From IMG/VR virus record IMGVR_UViG_3300036944_001289, positions 1 to 64,000 of that record: DNA of 64,000 nt, one strand, 5' to 3'. The notes below the pieces were generated by a model. That model saw only the letters and a list, made by a program, of their open reading frames with translations, made no database searches and had not been told where the DNA came from. Numbering within the stretch: position 1 is the first letter of the stretch; each line of letters starts with the position of its first letter. Below are positions 46,022 to 55,399 of the stretch, piece by piece. The translations under genes and the position numbers were made by a program.

Positions 46022-46113
46022 GTGATTAAAATATTTATGATATAGCTGTTAGTATTGTTTTTAATACTTGACCACGACAGATTATAAAAAATTCTTTAGG
46101 TATCATAAAATTC

Positions 46114-47556
46114 TTAATTAAACTTTCCGATACCGTATAGAGCATTATTTGTTTTATATATGTATATACCGCTAAATTGTGTACTATTTTTATTACTTGT
46201 AGCACATAAATTATTTACTTGTGTAGATGATATGTAAACTGTATTTGTACCAATATTTGTTATTCCCACGTTAAATCCGTTTGGCAAGATACCTGGAAAG
46301 ATTGCTGATATTGATCCAGATGCAGTGTTAAAGTTGAATATCTTAGAGTTGTCTGCAGAATAGCTAAATGTTTTAGTGGTTGTTATATTGGTTACGTTTA
46401 CGTCAGATATAACCTCTCGTGCTGTTAATGTATTTATATTTGCATTAGCAGCTGTTATTACACTTACATTTGCATTAGTAGTTGTTAGATTATTGGTATC
46501 TACAGATGAAGCTACTAATCTATTTATATTTGCATCAAATGCTGTCAAACCTTTAGATGAAACACCTATACTATACGTATTACCGTTTACAAAAATAGTA
46601 TATGTTACATCTGTTAGTTCTGATAGTGTTGTGGTATCAAATAATGTTGGTCCATCTATATATATTTGGCCATCTTGAAGATTATATGCATTTGCACTAA
46701 TTTTAGGTGAAAACCTATTATATCCGTTCCATTCTAAATCCCTTCCTACATTTATATTAGTTGCTGTAAGTGTCTGAGCGGATAGACTTTTTACATTTAT
46801 ATTAGTTGCTGTAAGTGTCTGAGCGGATAGACTTTTTACATTTATATTAGTTGCTGTAAGTGTTTGGGTAGATAAATTGTTAGTAATTGTAGTGCCGCTT
46901 AATACAGGATTTAAAATTGGTGCTTTGAGAGCTAATTGCTCTGTTGTTGCTAAAGTACCACTTTCAGTTGGGAGAGTAACTACGACATTACTATTTGCTG
47001 AACCATATAATTCTGTGACATTAAGTCCAAGCCTTATACTTAATATATCAGCCTGTCCATATAGAGATAAAAAATTGGTCAATACTGCCGGTGTGTAAAC
47101 GCTACTTAATGCAATTACTTCACCATCTACTGTAAGGGTTTGAGCAGATAGGCTCCTTACATTTATATTAGTTGCTGTAAGTGTTTGGGTAGATAAATTG
47201 TTAGTAATTGTAGTACCGCTTAATACAGGGTTCAGAATTGGTGCTTTGAGAGCTAATTGATCTGTTGTTACTAAAGTACCACTTTCAGTTGGGAGAGTAA
47301 CTTCAACACTACTGTTTGCTGAACCATATAATTGAGTAGCATTAAGACCTATTTGGGCAGTTAAAAACTGAGCCTGACCGTATATTTGTATAAGCCCGGC
47401 CTGAACAACACCACTTACAACAGCGCTACCTGGTATATAAAGCGTATTAAATGTAACATCATCATTAGCTCCAACCCCAAGGTTAGTGCGCGCTGCAGCT
47501 TTATTAGCTGCTTGCATAAAGTTATCGATATCTTGAGATACAATTACATCGGACAT
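46114..47556 (-). CDS. Tail fibre-like protein with internal repeats
   Basis: AARTNLGVG, TLPTESGTL x2, LSAQTLTATNINV repeats. Confidence 0.7.
   Translation of the reverse strand: MSDVIVSQDIDNFMQAANKAAARTNLGVGANDDVTFNTLYIPGSAVVSGVVQAGLIQIYGQAQFLTAQIGLNATQLYGSANSSVEVTLPTESGTLVTTDQLALKAPILNPVLSGTTITNNLSTQTLTATNINVRSLSAQTLTVDGEVIALSSVYTPAVLTNFLSLYGQADILSIRLGLNVTELYGSANSNVVVTLPTESGTLATTEQLALKAPILNPVLSGTTITNNLSTQTLTATNINVKSLSAQTLTATNINVKSLSAQTLTATNINVGRDLEWNGYNRFSPKISANAYNLQDGQIYIDGPTLFDTTTLSELTDVTYTIFVNGNTYSIGVSSKGLTAFDANINRLVASSVDTNNLTTTNANVSVITAANANINTLTAREVISDVNVTNITTTKTFSYSADNSKIFNFNTASGSISAIFPGILPNGFNVGITNIGTNTVYISSTQVNNLCATSNKNSTQFSGIYIYKTNNALYGIGKFN
46747..47330 (-). repeat. 45-nt tandem repeat (x3, about 46747-46875) plus ~170-nt duplication (46837-47007 vs 47158-47328)
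   Basis: Direct reading of the sequence. Confidence 0.85.
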
Positions 47557-47589
47557 ATAATTTATTTATTATATGTCCGATGTAATTGT
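47540..47589 (-). promoter_or_regulatory. 22-bp perfect hairpin sequestering the start codon, late promoter TAAATA at the loop
   Basis: acaattacatcggacatataat-ttattt-attatatgtccgatgtaattgt. Confidence 0.8.
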
Positions 47590-47596
47590 GTGGGTA

Positions 47597-48244
47597 TTAT
47601 TCAAGATATAAATAAGGTCGCCACTCTTCTCTTAAGATAGGTGTATTTTGTACTAAAATTGCCTGAGGTGCAATACGTCTAGGTTTTACTTCTTCACCAT
47701 TTACATTAAAAAAGGGGAAAATATTATCCTTTTCGTTATTACATTGCTTACAAGCTAAAACAAGATTAAAATCATCGTTAGTACCACCTTTTGATTTTGG
47801 AAATGCATGATCTTTTGTTGCTGTGTGATATGGTATACGCTCTAAACAATATTGACACACACCTTTATATAAATTGTATAACATTTTTAATGATGTATTA
47901 CCGTTCTTTCTTACGTGAAAACCGAAGTGGTGTGTACATCTCAGTATAGTTGGTATAGCCCAATTAGTATCTTCACCGGTAACGGGATTAGGTGCAGATC
48001 TAAGACAAGGTTGATCTTCAAATAGTTCTACTCTATTACCATACCAAGATAATGTAGCTCTTATAGCACCGTTTTTATCGTGATCAGCACCAGACCATGA
48101 AACTAAGTTACCGGATGCATCGATACCAGAGGCTCTACCAGTTATAAGATGACGTAAGGCAGCCCGAGCATTACAGAATGCAAATGCTTGATAATTCTTA
48201 TTAAGTAATAAGGTTGTCTTTGTTTCTGGTTGTACTACTTTCAT
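47597..48244 (-). CDS. HNH endonuclease (McrA-like)
   Basis: LLLNKNY, CQYC, TKDHAFPKSKGG, NLVLACKQCNNEK, EEW.PYL. Confidence 0.85.
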   Translation of the reverse strand: MKVVQPETKTTLLLNKNYQAFAFCNARAALRHLITGRASGIDASGNLVSWSGADHDKNGAIRATLSWYGNRVELFEDQPCLRSAPNPVTGEDTNWAIPTILRCTHHFGFHVRKNGNTSLKMLYNLYKGVCQYCLERIPYHTATKDHAFPKSKGGTNDDFNLVLACKQCNNEKDNIFPFFNVNGEEVKPRRIAPQAILVQNTPILREEWRPYLYLE

Positions 48245-48259
48245 ACAGCCAAGTATATA

Positions 48260-48685
48260 TTAGTTCCTATATTTCTCAAAAACCCTATTATAAAACTGCT
48301 CAAAACTGAGTTCAAGTTGTTTTGCTGTAACTGGTTTACTCTCAATTTTATCTTGATTACTTTGAGTTTTAGGATTATCTTCAACTAACTCATAATTAAA
48401 ATATTTATAAACAACAGATTTAATAATACCAAATTTGTCACGTAAGTTTGGGTTAGCATTAATAAACTTATTTGTTATATATCTATCTAAATATTGTACT
48501 AATTCAGTTTCTTTTTTTGGATCGTAAGCCTTATTTATCTCAATAGGTGTTATGGATAATTTTTTAACAAAATTAATAACGCGTTGACCTAGACTATCTT
48601 GTATAGTTGCAATTGGTTTACCGGTTACTTTATTATTTTTTAAACCAATATCTTCATATCTACGATCTCTAATGCGAATTTTCAC
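48260..48685 (-). CDS. Late protein, hypothetical
   Basis: TAAATA upstream. Confidence 0.55.
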   Translation of the reverse strand: MKIRIRDRRYEDIGLKNNKVTGKPIATIQDSLGQRVINFVKKLSITPIEINKAYDPKKETELVQYLDRYITNKFINANPNLRDKFGIIKSVVYKYFNYELVEDNPKTQSNQDKIESKPVTAKQLELSFEQFYNRVFEKYRN

Positions 48686-48701
48686 AAAAATATTTAATAA
48701 A

Positions 48702-48732
48702 AAAAGGCTAGGTTTGCAAACCTAGCCTTTTT
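48702..48732. terminator. Bidirectional intrinsic terminator
   Basis: aaaaaggctaggttt-gc-aaacctagccttttt. Confidence 0.8.
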
Positions 48733-48733
48733 G

Positions 48734-48958
48734 TTAAAGAGCTGTAATTCTGCTCTTATTTAAGGTTGATGCTAAGTTCCGTGCATCAACCTTAACTACC
48801 TTTGCTTGATGCTGATTTACAGCCTCGAGCATGATTGCTGAGTTTCCTATGATTCTAAATGTACCGTCATCGTTTCTTTCAAATGTTACATTGAAACACT
48901 TTGGCCGGACATTTGGGTTATTTAGGTACTCATTCCATGTTACTTTTGCGTCTTTCAT
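48734..48958 (-). CDS. hypothetical protein
   Basis: Likely start MKDAKV. Confidence 0.55.
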   Translation of the reverse strand: MKDAKVTWNEYLNNPNVRPKCFNVTFERNDDGTFRIIGNSAIMLEAVNQHQAKVVKVDARNLASTLNKSRITAL

Positions 48959-48991
48959 AAACAGGTCTATAGTAAGTGAAGAATACAAAAA

Positions 48992-49225
48992 TCAACTAAT
49001 ATCTTCGTCTAGGTTTATGTTTTTGTATTTTTCACTTGAATGTATATATAGTACTTCTAAATCAAAGTCTTTCTTAGAACTGCAAGTACATTTTACACTC
49101 TTAATACATTGAACAGTTGGGTCTTCAATGTTATTGTTGTCATATACATGTATAAACCCGTATCGATCATATACATATACATAACCATTAACGTTATGTC
49201 TATAAACAATATCTTCCTTATTCAT
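48992..49225 (-). CDS. hypothetical protein
   Basis: Coupled ORF. Confidence 0.5.
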   Translation of the reverse strand: MNKEDIVYRHNVNGYVYVYDRYGFIHVYDNNNIEDPTVQCIKSVKCTCSSKKDFDLEVLYIHSSEKYKNINLDEDIS

Positions 49226-49703
49226 TATTATCTTTAAAACCTGTAAATAACTTACCAGTTTTTGATGTTAGTAGTTTATCTTTAAATATCTTCATTTTAC
49301 CGTAAAGTTTGCATGAATTAGTCAAGTGATCGTCTAGAAAGTTTTTTACATCTACTTCTAGAGGGCTGTTAATATAATCTTCATAAGTTGCATCATTGTA
49401 TGTAGTATCGTCAAATACTACATGAAATATTTTATCTTGTAAAAAATGTCTAAACTCATGTAAGAAATATTTAATAAAAGAACTATCGTTTTTTAAATTT
49501 GTTACTATTTTAATTGTTAATCTACCTCTCGCACCACGTTGATACTGACACTCGCTTCCCTTAACTCCTTTGACATGAATCGTATAATTTCTTTTATTAG
49601 TCTTATTAGACGTATACAATATATTACATATATGTTCCAGTAGATGAAAATCTACTGTTTTGTATTTTGTTTTAATAAGCTTATCAGGCTTTATATGTAT
49701 CAT
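49218..49703 (-). CDS. HExxH metallopeptidase-like protein
   Basis: FLHEFRHFLQ...Y.NSPLEVD. Confidence 0.6.
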   Translation of the reverse strand: MIHIKPDKLIKTKYKTVDFHLLEHICNILYTSNKTNKRNYTIHVKGVKGSECQYQRGARGRLTIKIVTNLKNDSSFIKYFLHEFRHFLQDKIFHVVFDDTTYNDATYEDYINSPLEVDVKNFLDDHLTNSCKLYGKMKIFKDKLLTSKTGKLFTGFKDNNE

Positions 49704-50070
49704 TTAAGTGATTTAATATGTCTTTATTAAAATGCTTTTCAAAGCGTTCTGAGCAAACAAACTTAGAATATTCATCATTCTTTTTAACTGCATCATTGTA
49801 ACATATAATCAAATAGTATGCATATATGTTCAATTTATATTTATCTTGATTATGTAATTCTTGCTCTTCTTTTTTAGCAGAAGGTGATATAAAAGTATCT
49901 ACAAACAACTTGAAGTTATTTTTATACTTAGTTTCTATTAGTTTGACAAGATTTTTATGGTAATACACAACCTTTTCACCTGAAACTATACATGTAGCAG
50001 TATACGTTGCAGGTATTTTATACTCTCCATCGTCAAAAGTGTAGTTTATGAACTTTTTATCACGTGCCAT
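49684..50070 (-). CDS. hypothetical protein
   Basis: Coupled ORF. Confidence 0.55.
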   Translation of the reverse strand: MARDKKFINYTFDDGEYKIPATYTATCIVSGEKVVYYHKNLVKLIETKYKNNFKLFVDTFISPSAKKEEQELHNQDKYKLNIYAYYLIICYNDAVKKNDEYSKFVCSERFEKHFNKDILNHLNDTYKA

Positions 50071-50084
50071 GATTAAATAATATT

Positions 50085-50327
50085 ATGGAGAATCTTGTCA
50101 AGATTGTGGATATCGTTAAAGAGTATACTAAAGATGTTCATATCGACTATGATCGGGGTACGGTTCTTCTATTTTTACAAGAAAAGTTTTTACAGGATTT
50201 TCTTGTAAAAATAGATAAGACACCTTATGATATAATGTTTAAGTTACCAATTGACGGTAAGTTAATTTGTATTGTTTTAGGATACGAACCTATACTTGAA
50301 CTTATGGATGAATTTGATGATGATTAA
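50085..50327 (+). CDS. hypothetical late protein
   Basis: TAAATA upstream on the + strand. Confidence 0.5.
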   Translation: MENLVKIVDIVKEYTKDVHIDYDRGTVLLFLQEKFLQDFLVKIDKTPYDIMFKLPIDGKLICIVLGYEPILELMDEFDDD

Positions 50328-50329
50328 TT

Positions 50330-50539
50330 TCAAGTTCTCCAAGAGTCATCTACGTCTCTATCAAATAATTCAACCGTACCTAGAATAGTACCGCTATGTG
50401 AATTGATTAGAATTCCTGGTTGATATTTTTTATCAGGATGAAAAAACCATATTTCATCCATTCCAATTACCTCACTAACACTAGTGGTAGGCAAATTACC
50501 GTTTCTTACGTTTTTGATTAAAAAGTCACCGACTGTCAT
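50330..50539 (-). CDS. hypothetical protein
   Basis: GGAAC motif upstream. Confidence 0.5.
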   Translation of the reverse strand: MTVGDFLIKNVRNGNLPTTSVSEVIGMDEIWFFHPDKKYQPGILINSHSGTILGTVELFDRDVDDSWRT

Positions 50540-50704
50540 AATTAGTTATTATTATCTTGTTCCTTTGATGATTTTTGTTGATTTAACCAAATACCGAATT
50601 TGCATCAAACCAATTTTTCTTTGTCATCTCAATTATAATAATATATGAAAACATAAAATCAAATTCAAAGTTGATTAAAAATCATTTGAAATTACAATAT
50701 ATAT

Positions 50705-51388
50705 GTGATTAATTTTGATCCTCAAACACATACTTATTCGAATAATAATGGTGAAGTATACCAATCTGTTTCGCAACTTTTAGGTAAATATAAGAAACCG
50801 TTTGATGTTGATTTTTTTAGTAGAATAGTAGCTAAGAAACGAGGTGTATCACAGCAAGTAGTAAAAGAGGAGTGGAAACAAAATACAGAAAACGCTTGTG
50901 CTTTTGGTAAAGATGTTCACTCAGTCGTAGAGAACTACTTAAAGAACGGTACTGTTGACGAACAGAATATTATAAATGAGTTCCAAAAAGTATTCCCATA
51001 TAAAAGAATAGATGTGCGTAGTGAAGTTATGTTGTGGAATGATACATACAAAATAGCGGGAACGTCGGATATTATCGTAGATATTGATGATAAATCTTTT
51101 GATGTCTTAGACCTTAAAACGAATAAGAAGTTTGATTTTTATAACAAATACAATGAAACTTTGTTAAAACCTCTAGAACACCTGCACAACTGTAAGTATA
51201 CTACATACAGCCTTCAATTATCATTATATGCATATATATACTCTATAATGACAGGTAAGAAACCTAGACAGTTAGTGGTTTTATATTGGAATAAGGTTTC
51301 TTTTGAAAGGTACTACACACCGTATATGTTTTGGGATGTAAGTGTATTATTAAAACACTATAGCAAACCACCTAACATAAATAATTAA
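50705..51388 (+). CDS. PD-(D/E)XK (Cas4/RecB-like) exonuclease
   Basis: H.Y...SVSQ, G..VH, SE, IAGTSD, DLKT, Y.LQLSLYAY. Confidence 0.85.
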   Translation: MINFDPQTHTYSNNNGEVYQSVSQLLGKYKKPFDVDFFSRIVAKKRGVSQQVVKEEWKQNTENACAFGKDVHSVVENYLKNGTVDEQNIINEFQKVFPYKRIDVRSEVMLWNDTYKIAGTSDIIVDIDDKSFDVLDLKTNKKFDFYNKYNETLLKPLEHLHNCKYTTYSLQLSLYAYIYSIMTGKKPRQLVVLYWNKVSFERYYTPYMFWDVSVLLKHYSKPPNINN

Positions 51389-51389
51389 T

Positions 51390-53216
51390 ATGGCTCTGGA
51401 CAATACCGATTTCACGTTACCTAGAAACAGTTACGCTACTTTTGATGCTTTAACCCTCAAGCAGCTTATAAAAGATAGGCTAACAAAAGGAGGCGTTTTT
51501 ACGGATCAAAATTACGAAGGTAGTAATCTCTCTGCAATAATAGACGTTATTGCATATTCTTACCATACTCTTTTATTTTATCTAAACCAAACTTCTTCTG
51601 AATCTACATTTTCAGAAAGCTCTATTTATGAAAATATGAATAGAATTGTTAAGCTTATAGGTTATAAACCTACAGGTTACAAAACAGCGCTATTAAGCTT
51701 TCAAGCAAATGCTAATGCAAACTTAACACAAGGTGTTTACACTATAAAAAGATACTCATTTTTTAATATAAACGGTATTAAATATTCATTCTTAAAAGAT
51801 ATAACATTTGCAAAAAATACCAATGATGCAGAGTATCTTGAAGGTCTATCAACGGATAACATATTATATCAGGGTTCGGTATTTGAATATACACCTCAAA
51901 CTGCAATAGGTGAAGATTTTGAAACAATTACATTAGTAGTTAAAGATACAATAACCAATAAACCCATTAATATAGAAGACAGCAGCATAGGTGTTTTTGT
52001 TAAATTTGGCTCACCAGACGCGGATGGTATTAGTTTTTCAGAAGTTGATTCAATTTTTAATGCTAAAACTACATCATTTTCTTTCGAAAAACGTATAAAT
52101 GAAAATGGATTTTATGAAATAAAATTCGGTAACGGTGTTTATGGTAGAAGATTAAATGCAGGAGATACAGTATATATCTATTATTTAAAAAGCGATGGGT
52201 TAACCGGTATAGTTTCAGCTAATCAATTAAACAATAACTCACTAAATACATACGCAACACCTCAATTTAATGACTTAACTAAGAATACATACAATAACAC
52301 AACATTATTGAACGGTGTTGATGTTACAAATATTATATTTTCAAATAATTCAGGTTCATCTTCATCTGCAGAACCTGAATCAGTCGATAAAATAAGACAA
52401 AATGCACCTAAGATGTTATTTTCTCAAAATAGAATAGTGACATCAGAAGATCTTGAAACATATATAAATAAAAATTACTCCAATATAGTATCAAGTATAA
52501 AGGTTGTTAATAATCTAAGCTATATCGATAATGTAATCAAGTACTATTATAGTTTAGGATTAGATAGACCTAATGATGATTCAAGGGTGTTGTTCAATGA
52601 AGTAAACTTCTCGACATGTGGACAAACCAACAACGTTTATGTCTTTATGGTACCTGGTATAAAGGCTGTAGATGAAAATAACAACCTGTTTTTCTTATCA
52701 CAATCACAGAAGTCTGAAATACTGAACGGTGCAGAGAGTATCAAAATGTTAAACATGGAAATAATACCACAGGACCCTGTTTATACAGCAGTAACTATTG
52801 GACTAACCTTTTTAGGTGATATACCTACACAACAAGACGTTAATGATACAGTATTAGTGGTTGAAAAATCACTCACAAATAAGATTAGTACACAGAAAAT
52901 AATAGAAAATGTTAATAATATATTCGTTGAATACTTTAATAAAACTAACACACAGCTCGGTTTATTAATAGATACAACTGCATTACAAACTAAGATACTA
53001 CAGCTACCAGGTGTTGTAGGTATTAAAACTAGAAAAGTTTCAAATGGCCGTATATTTGAAGTACCATACATAAACTTAATTATATATAACCCAGTTTATC
53101 CGGACGTTGATATAGTATCAACGTCCAACAGCACACAATTACCTTATTTTAAGTATCCATTCTTACTCAACAGTTCAATTTTAAATAAAATAGTAGTGGA
53201 GAACGTAAATGCCTAA
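51390..53216 (+). CDS. Baseplate wedge subunit (T4 gp6-like)
   Basis: FTDQNYEGSNLSAIIDVIAY, IGYKP, EIKFGNGVYG, ESVDKIR.NAP..F..QNRIVT..D. Confidence 0.88.
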   Translation: MALDNTDFTLPRNSYATFDALTLKQLIKDRLTKGGVFTDQNYEGSNLSAIIDVIAYSYHTLLFYLNQTSSESTFSESSIYENMNRIVKLIGYKPTGYKTALLSFQANANANLTQGVYTIKRYSFFNINGIKYSFLKDITFAKNTNDAEYLEGLSTDNILYQGSVFEYTPQTAIGEDFETITLVVKDTITNKPINIEDSSIGVFVKFGSPDADGISFSEVDSIFNAKTTSFSFEKRINENGFYEIKFGNGVYGRRLNAGDTVYIYYLKSDGLTGIVSANQLNNNSLNTYATPQFNDLTKNTYNNTTLLNGVDVTNIIFSNNSGSSSSAEPESVDKIRQNAPKMLFSQNRIVTSEDLETYINKNYSNIVSSIKVVNNLSYIDNVIKYYYSLGLDRPNDDSRVLFNEVNFSTCGQTNNVYVFMVPGIKAVDENNNLFFLSQSQKSEILNGAESIKMLNMEIIPQDPVYTAVTIGLTFLGDIPTQQDVNDTVLVVEKSLTNKISTQKIIENVNNIFVEYFNKTNTQLGLLIDTTALQTKILQLPGVVGIKTRKVSNGRIFEVPYINLIIYNPVYPDVDIVSTSNSTQLPYFKYPFLLNSSILNKIVVENVNA

Positions 53217-53979
53217 TTTGCAATATAATTTTGTTAATAGTTATGATAATCTATCTGTTGTTACTATACCTTTATGTGTATTAAACTATACTTATCAAAA
53301 CACAACATCATGTTACTGTGGTGATATAGATACAGTTGTGTGTTACCCGATATTTGACAATTTACCGTCTCAGTTGAATTTTATTGAAAATTGGGGGTAT
53401 TATATAGATTTTGGAGATGGTACCATAAGCAATAGCTTAACAGCTACACATAAATATCAGGTTCCAGGTACATATAATATAACACTCGTTGTTGCTGATA
53501 GTGGTGGTAACCTATACAAATCGGCTATAATACCTACTTTAGAAGCATATAATTTAATACCTGATAAACTAACCTTTACGTACTTAAGTGGTAATTCTGC
53601 TTATTCTTCGAGTGCAAGTATACCTCTCCAGATAACACGTATGAATTCATTTCAGACATATACATCTCTGTCTGCTGAAGGTTATAGTGTACGGTTATCA
53701 GTATCAGGAAATAAATCACAACTACAATCTATATCTTCATATGAGACAGATCAATACTCACACTTAAAATTATTTTCGATGTTTACATTAAGTGGTGATT
53801 TATTTCCTATAAGTGAAGTAACAACTACTTGTGATAAAATATATGCACAGCTAAACCCATTAACAAATCAAGTAGTACTATTTAGTAATGAAGCATCTGG
53901 GTTTGCAGGTGTAACTACTGTGTTTGTAGGTACATCAGGAATTGCAAGCATATACTACTATGAAGATTTTAAACCTTAA
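53209..53979 (+). CDS. PKD-domain virion protein
   Basis: DFGDGT...THKYQVPGTYNITLVV. Confidence 0.75.
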   Translation: MPNLQYNFVNSYDNLSVVTIPLCVLNYTYQNTTSCYCGDIDTVVCYPIFDNLPSQLNFIENWGYYIDFGDGTISNSLTATHKYQVPGTYNITLVVADSGGNLYKSAIIPTLEAYNLIPDKLTFTYLSGNSAYSSSASIPLQITRMNSFQTYTSLSAEGYSVRLSVSGNKSQLQSISSYETDQYSHLKLFSMFTLSGDLFPISEVTTTCDKIYAQLNPLTNQVVLFSNEASGFAGVTTVFVGTSGIASIYYYEDFKP

Positions 53980-53987
53980 ATATTAGA

Positions 53988-55385
53988 ATGACCAGCGCTT
54001 ATCCAGTAATAATATTTGCACATCTCAATACATCTAAAATAAAAGATGCTGAATCATATTTTATAAATTACGATAACAGTGAAGTAATAAATCCTACATA
54101 CTACTACACCACATTTAAAATAGTAGAGAACGTTATTTCTGCAGATAGTAAGTTAGTTATAACATCGAACGGTATAGACGGTGTAGGTTATACTGATAAT
54201 ACCTTTAATATTGATATTAATAAGTTTAATAACACAAAAGTATATTTTGTAGTGAGAGTTAAAACTGCTAACGACGTACCTATAAAGAGTATACCTTTAA
54301 TACCACTATCATCTATAGATCTTAAAATTGTAGACAGCAACGGTACTGATTTAAGTGCAACATTTAATAGCAATTTTCAAGATTTATCTTCTGAAGAGTA
54401 TGGTGGTTTCTTTAAGGGTTATTTTGTATCTACTTTAACAGGTAGTGATGTAAAAATACAGGCTATATATAATGACACGTATTCACTTACTGGTTATTCA
54501 AATACATTTAATATATATCCTAGCGCAGGTATATATAATATAAGAATTATAAATGAAGATAATAATCAAAGCGCACAATATGAGTCTCTTGCATTACAGC
54601 AGATATTACAAGACAAAACATCATTTTTTAGAGACTTTTTAGGTCAAATAGTAGGTGATTCTTCTAGCGATCCAAATACGCTAGGAATAGAGATATATGA
54701 AAAGATATCGAATTTTGTACAAAATAATAGCGATGTTGTTTATTCTAACTTGCCTCAGTTTACATCAATGCTAGACAGTATAAAAGACGTTTATACAAAC
54801 TATAACCTACAATACCCACCAAGCCTTCAAAGACTTATCAATATATTTTGCGTACCATTATCATATCAAATAGGTGGTAAAAATCAATATAACTTTAATT
54901 TTGATAATAAAGGTTTTGTAAATAGCACTGTTTACGGTCTAAATAAAGGTAATAAAATAGATTTTCTTACTGGTGTTTTATACAGAAATACGAACCCAAG
55001 TTACTATAAACCTGTAATAGCTCACGAAAAATTTAGCGGTAACTATACATTAGTATCACCTTTAATTCCCGATGCTTTAAATGTGGTTTATATAGACCCG
55101 GTTCTTAAATCTTACGCATTATCTTCATACAACACAGATTGGGGCTGGGGATTAATATTACCTAACGACTTTGAAAACGTAGATATACCTAAGTATTATG
55201 AATTTTATGAGTATATAGATAGAGTTGATAATACTCTTTTACAAAAATACATAGATTTCGACAACCCAAAGAATACATATCTAAATAACTGCAGCTCATA
55301 TAGACAATATGCAGAAGATGGTGGTATTATAGATAATATATTAGTTTATCATCTATACACGAATACAGGTATCATATCTACCTGA
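53988..55385 (+). CDS. Virion/baseplate structural protein
   Basis: Late operon context, TAAATA upstream. Confidence 0.6.
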   Translation: MTSAYPVIIFAHLNTSKIKDAESYFINYDNSEVINPTYYYTTFKIVENVISADSKLVITSNGIDGVGYTDNTFNIDINKFNNTKVYFVVRVKTANDVPIKSIPLIPLSSIDLKIVDSNGTDLSATFNSNFQDLSSEEYGGFFKGYFVSTLTGSDVKIQAIYNDTYSLTGYSNTFNIYPSAGIYNIRIINEDNNQSAQYESLALQQILQDKTSFFRDFLGQIVGDSSSDPNTLGIEIYEKISNFVQNNSDVVYSNLPQFTSMLDSIKDVYTNYNLQYPPSLQRLINIFCVPLSYQIGGKNQYNFNFDNKGFVNSTVYGLNKGNKIDFLTGVLYRNTNPSYYKPVIAHEKFSGNYTLVSPLIPDALNVVYIDPVLKSYALSSYNTDWGWGLILPNDFENVDIPKYYEFYEYIDRVDNTLLQKYIDFDNPKNTYLNNCSSYRQYAEDGGIIDNILVYHLYTNTGIIST

Positions 55386-55399
55386 TAAATATATTTGTA

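Noticed and set aside
50705-51388. Cas4 as evidence of a CRISPR system
   Set aside because: Stand-alone PD-(D/E)XK nuclease lacking the Fe-S cysteine set; no array or other cas genes.
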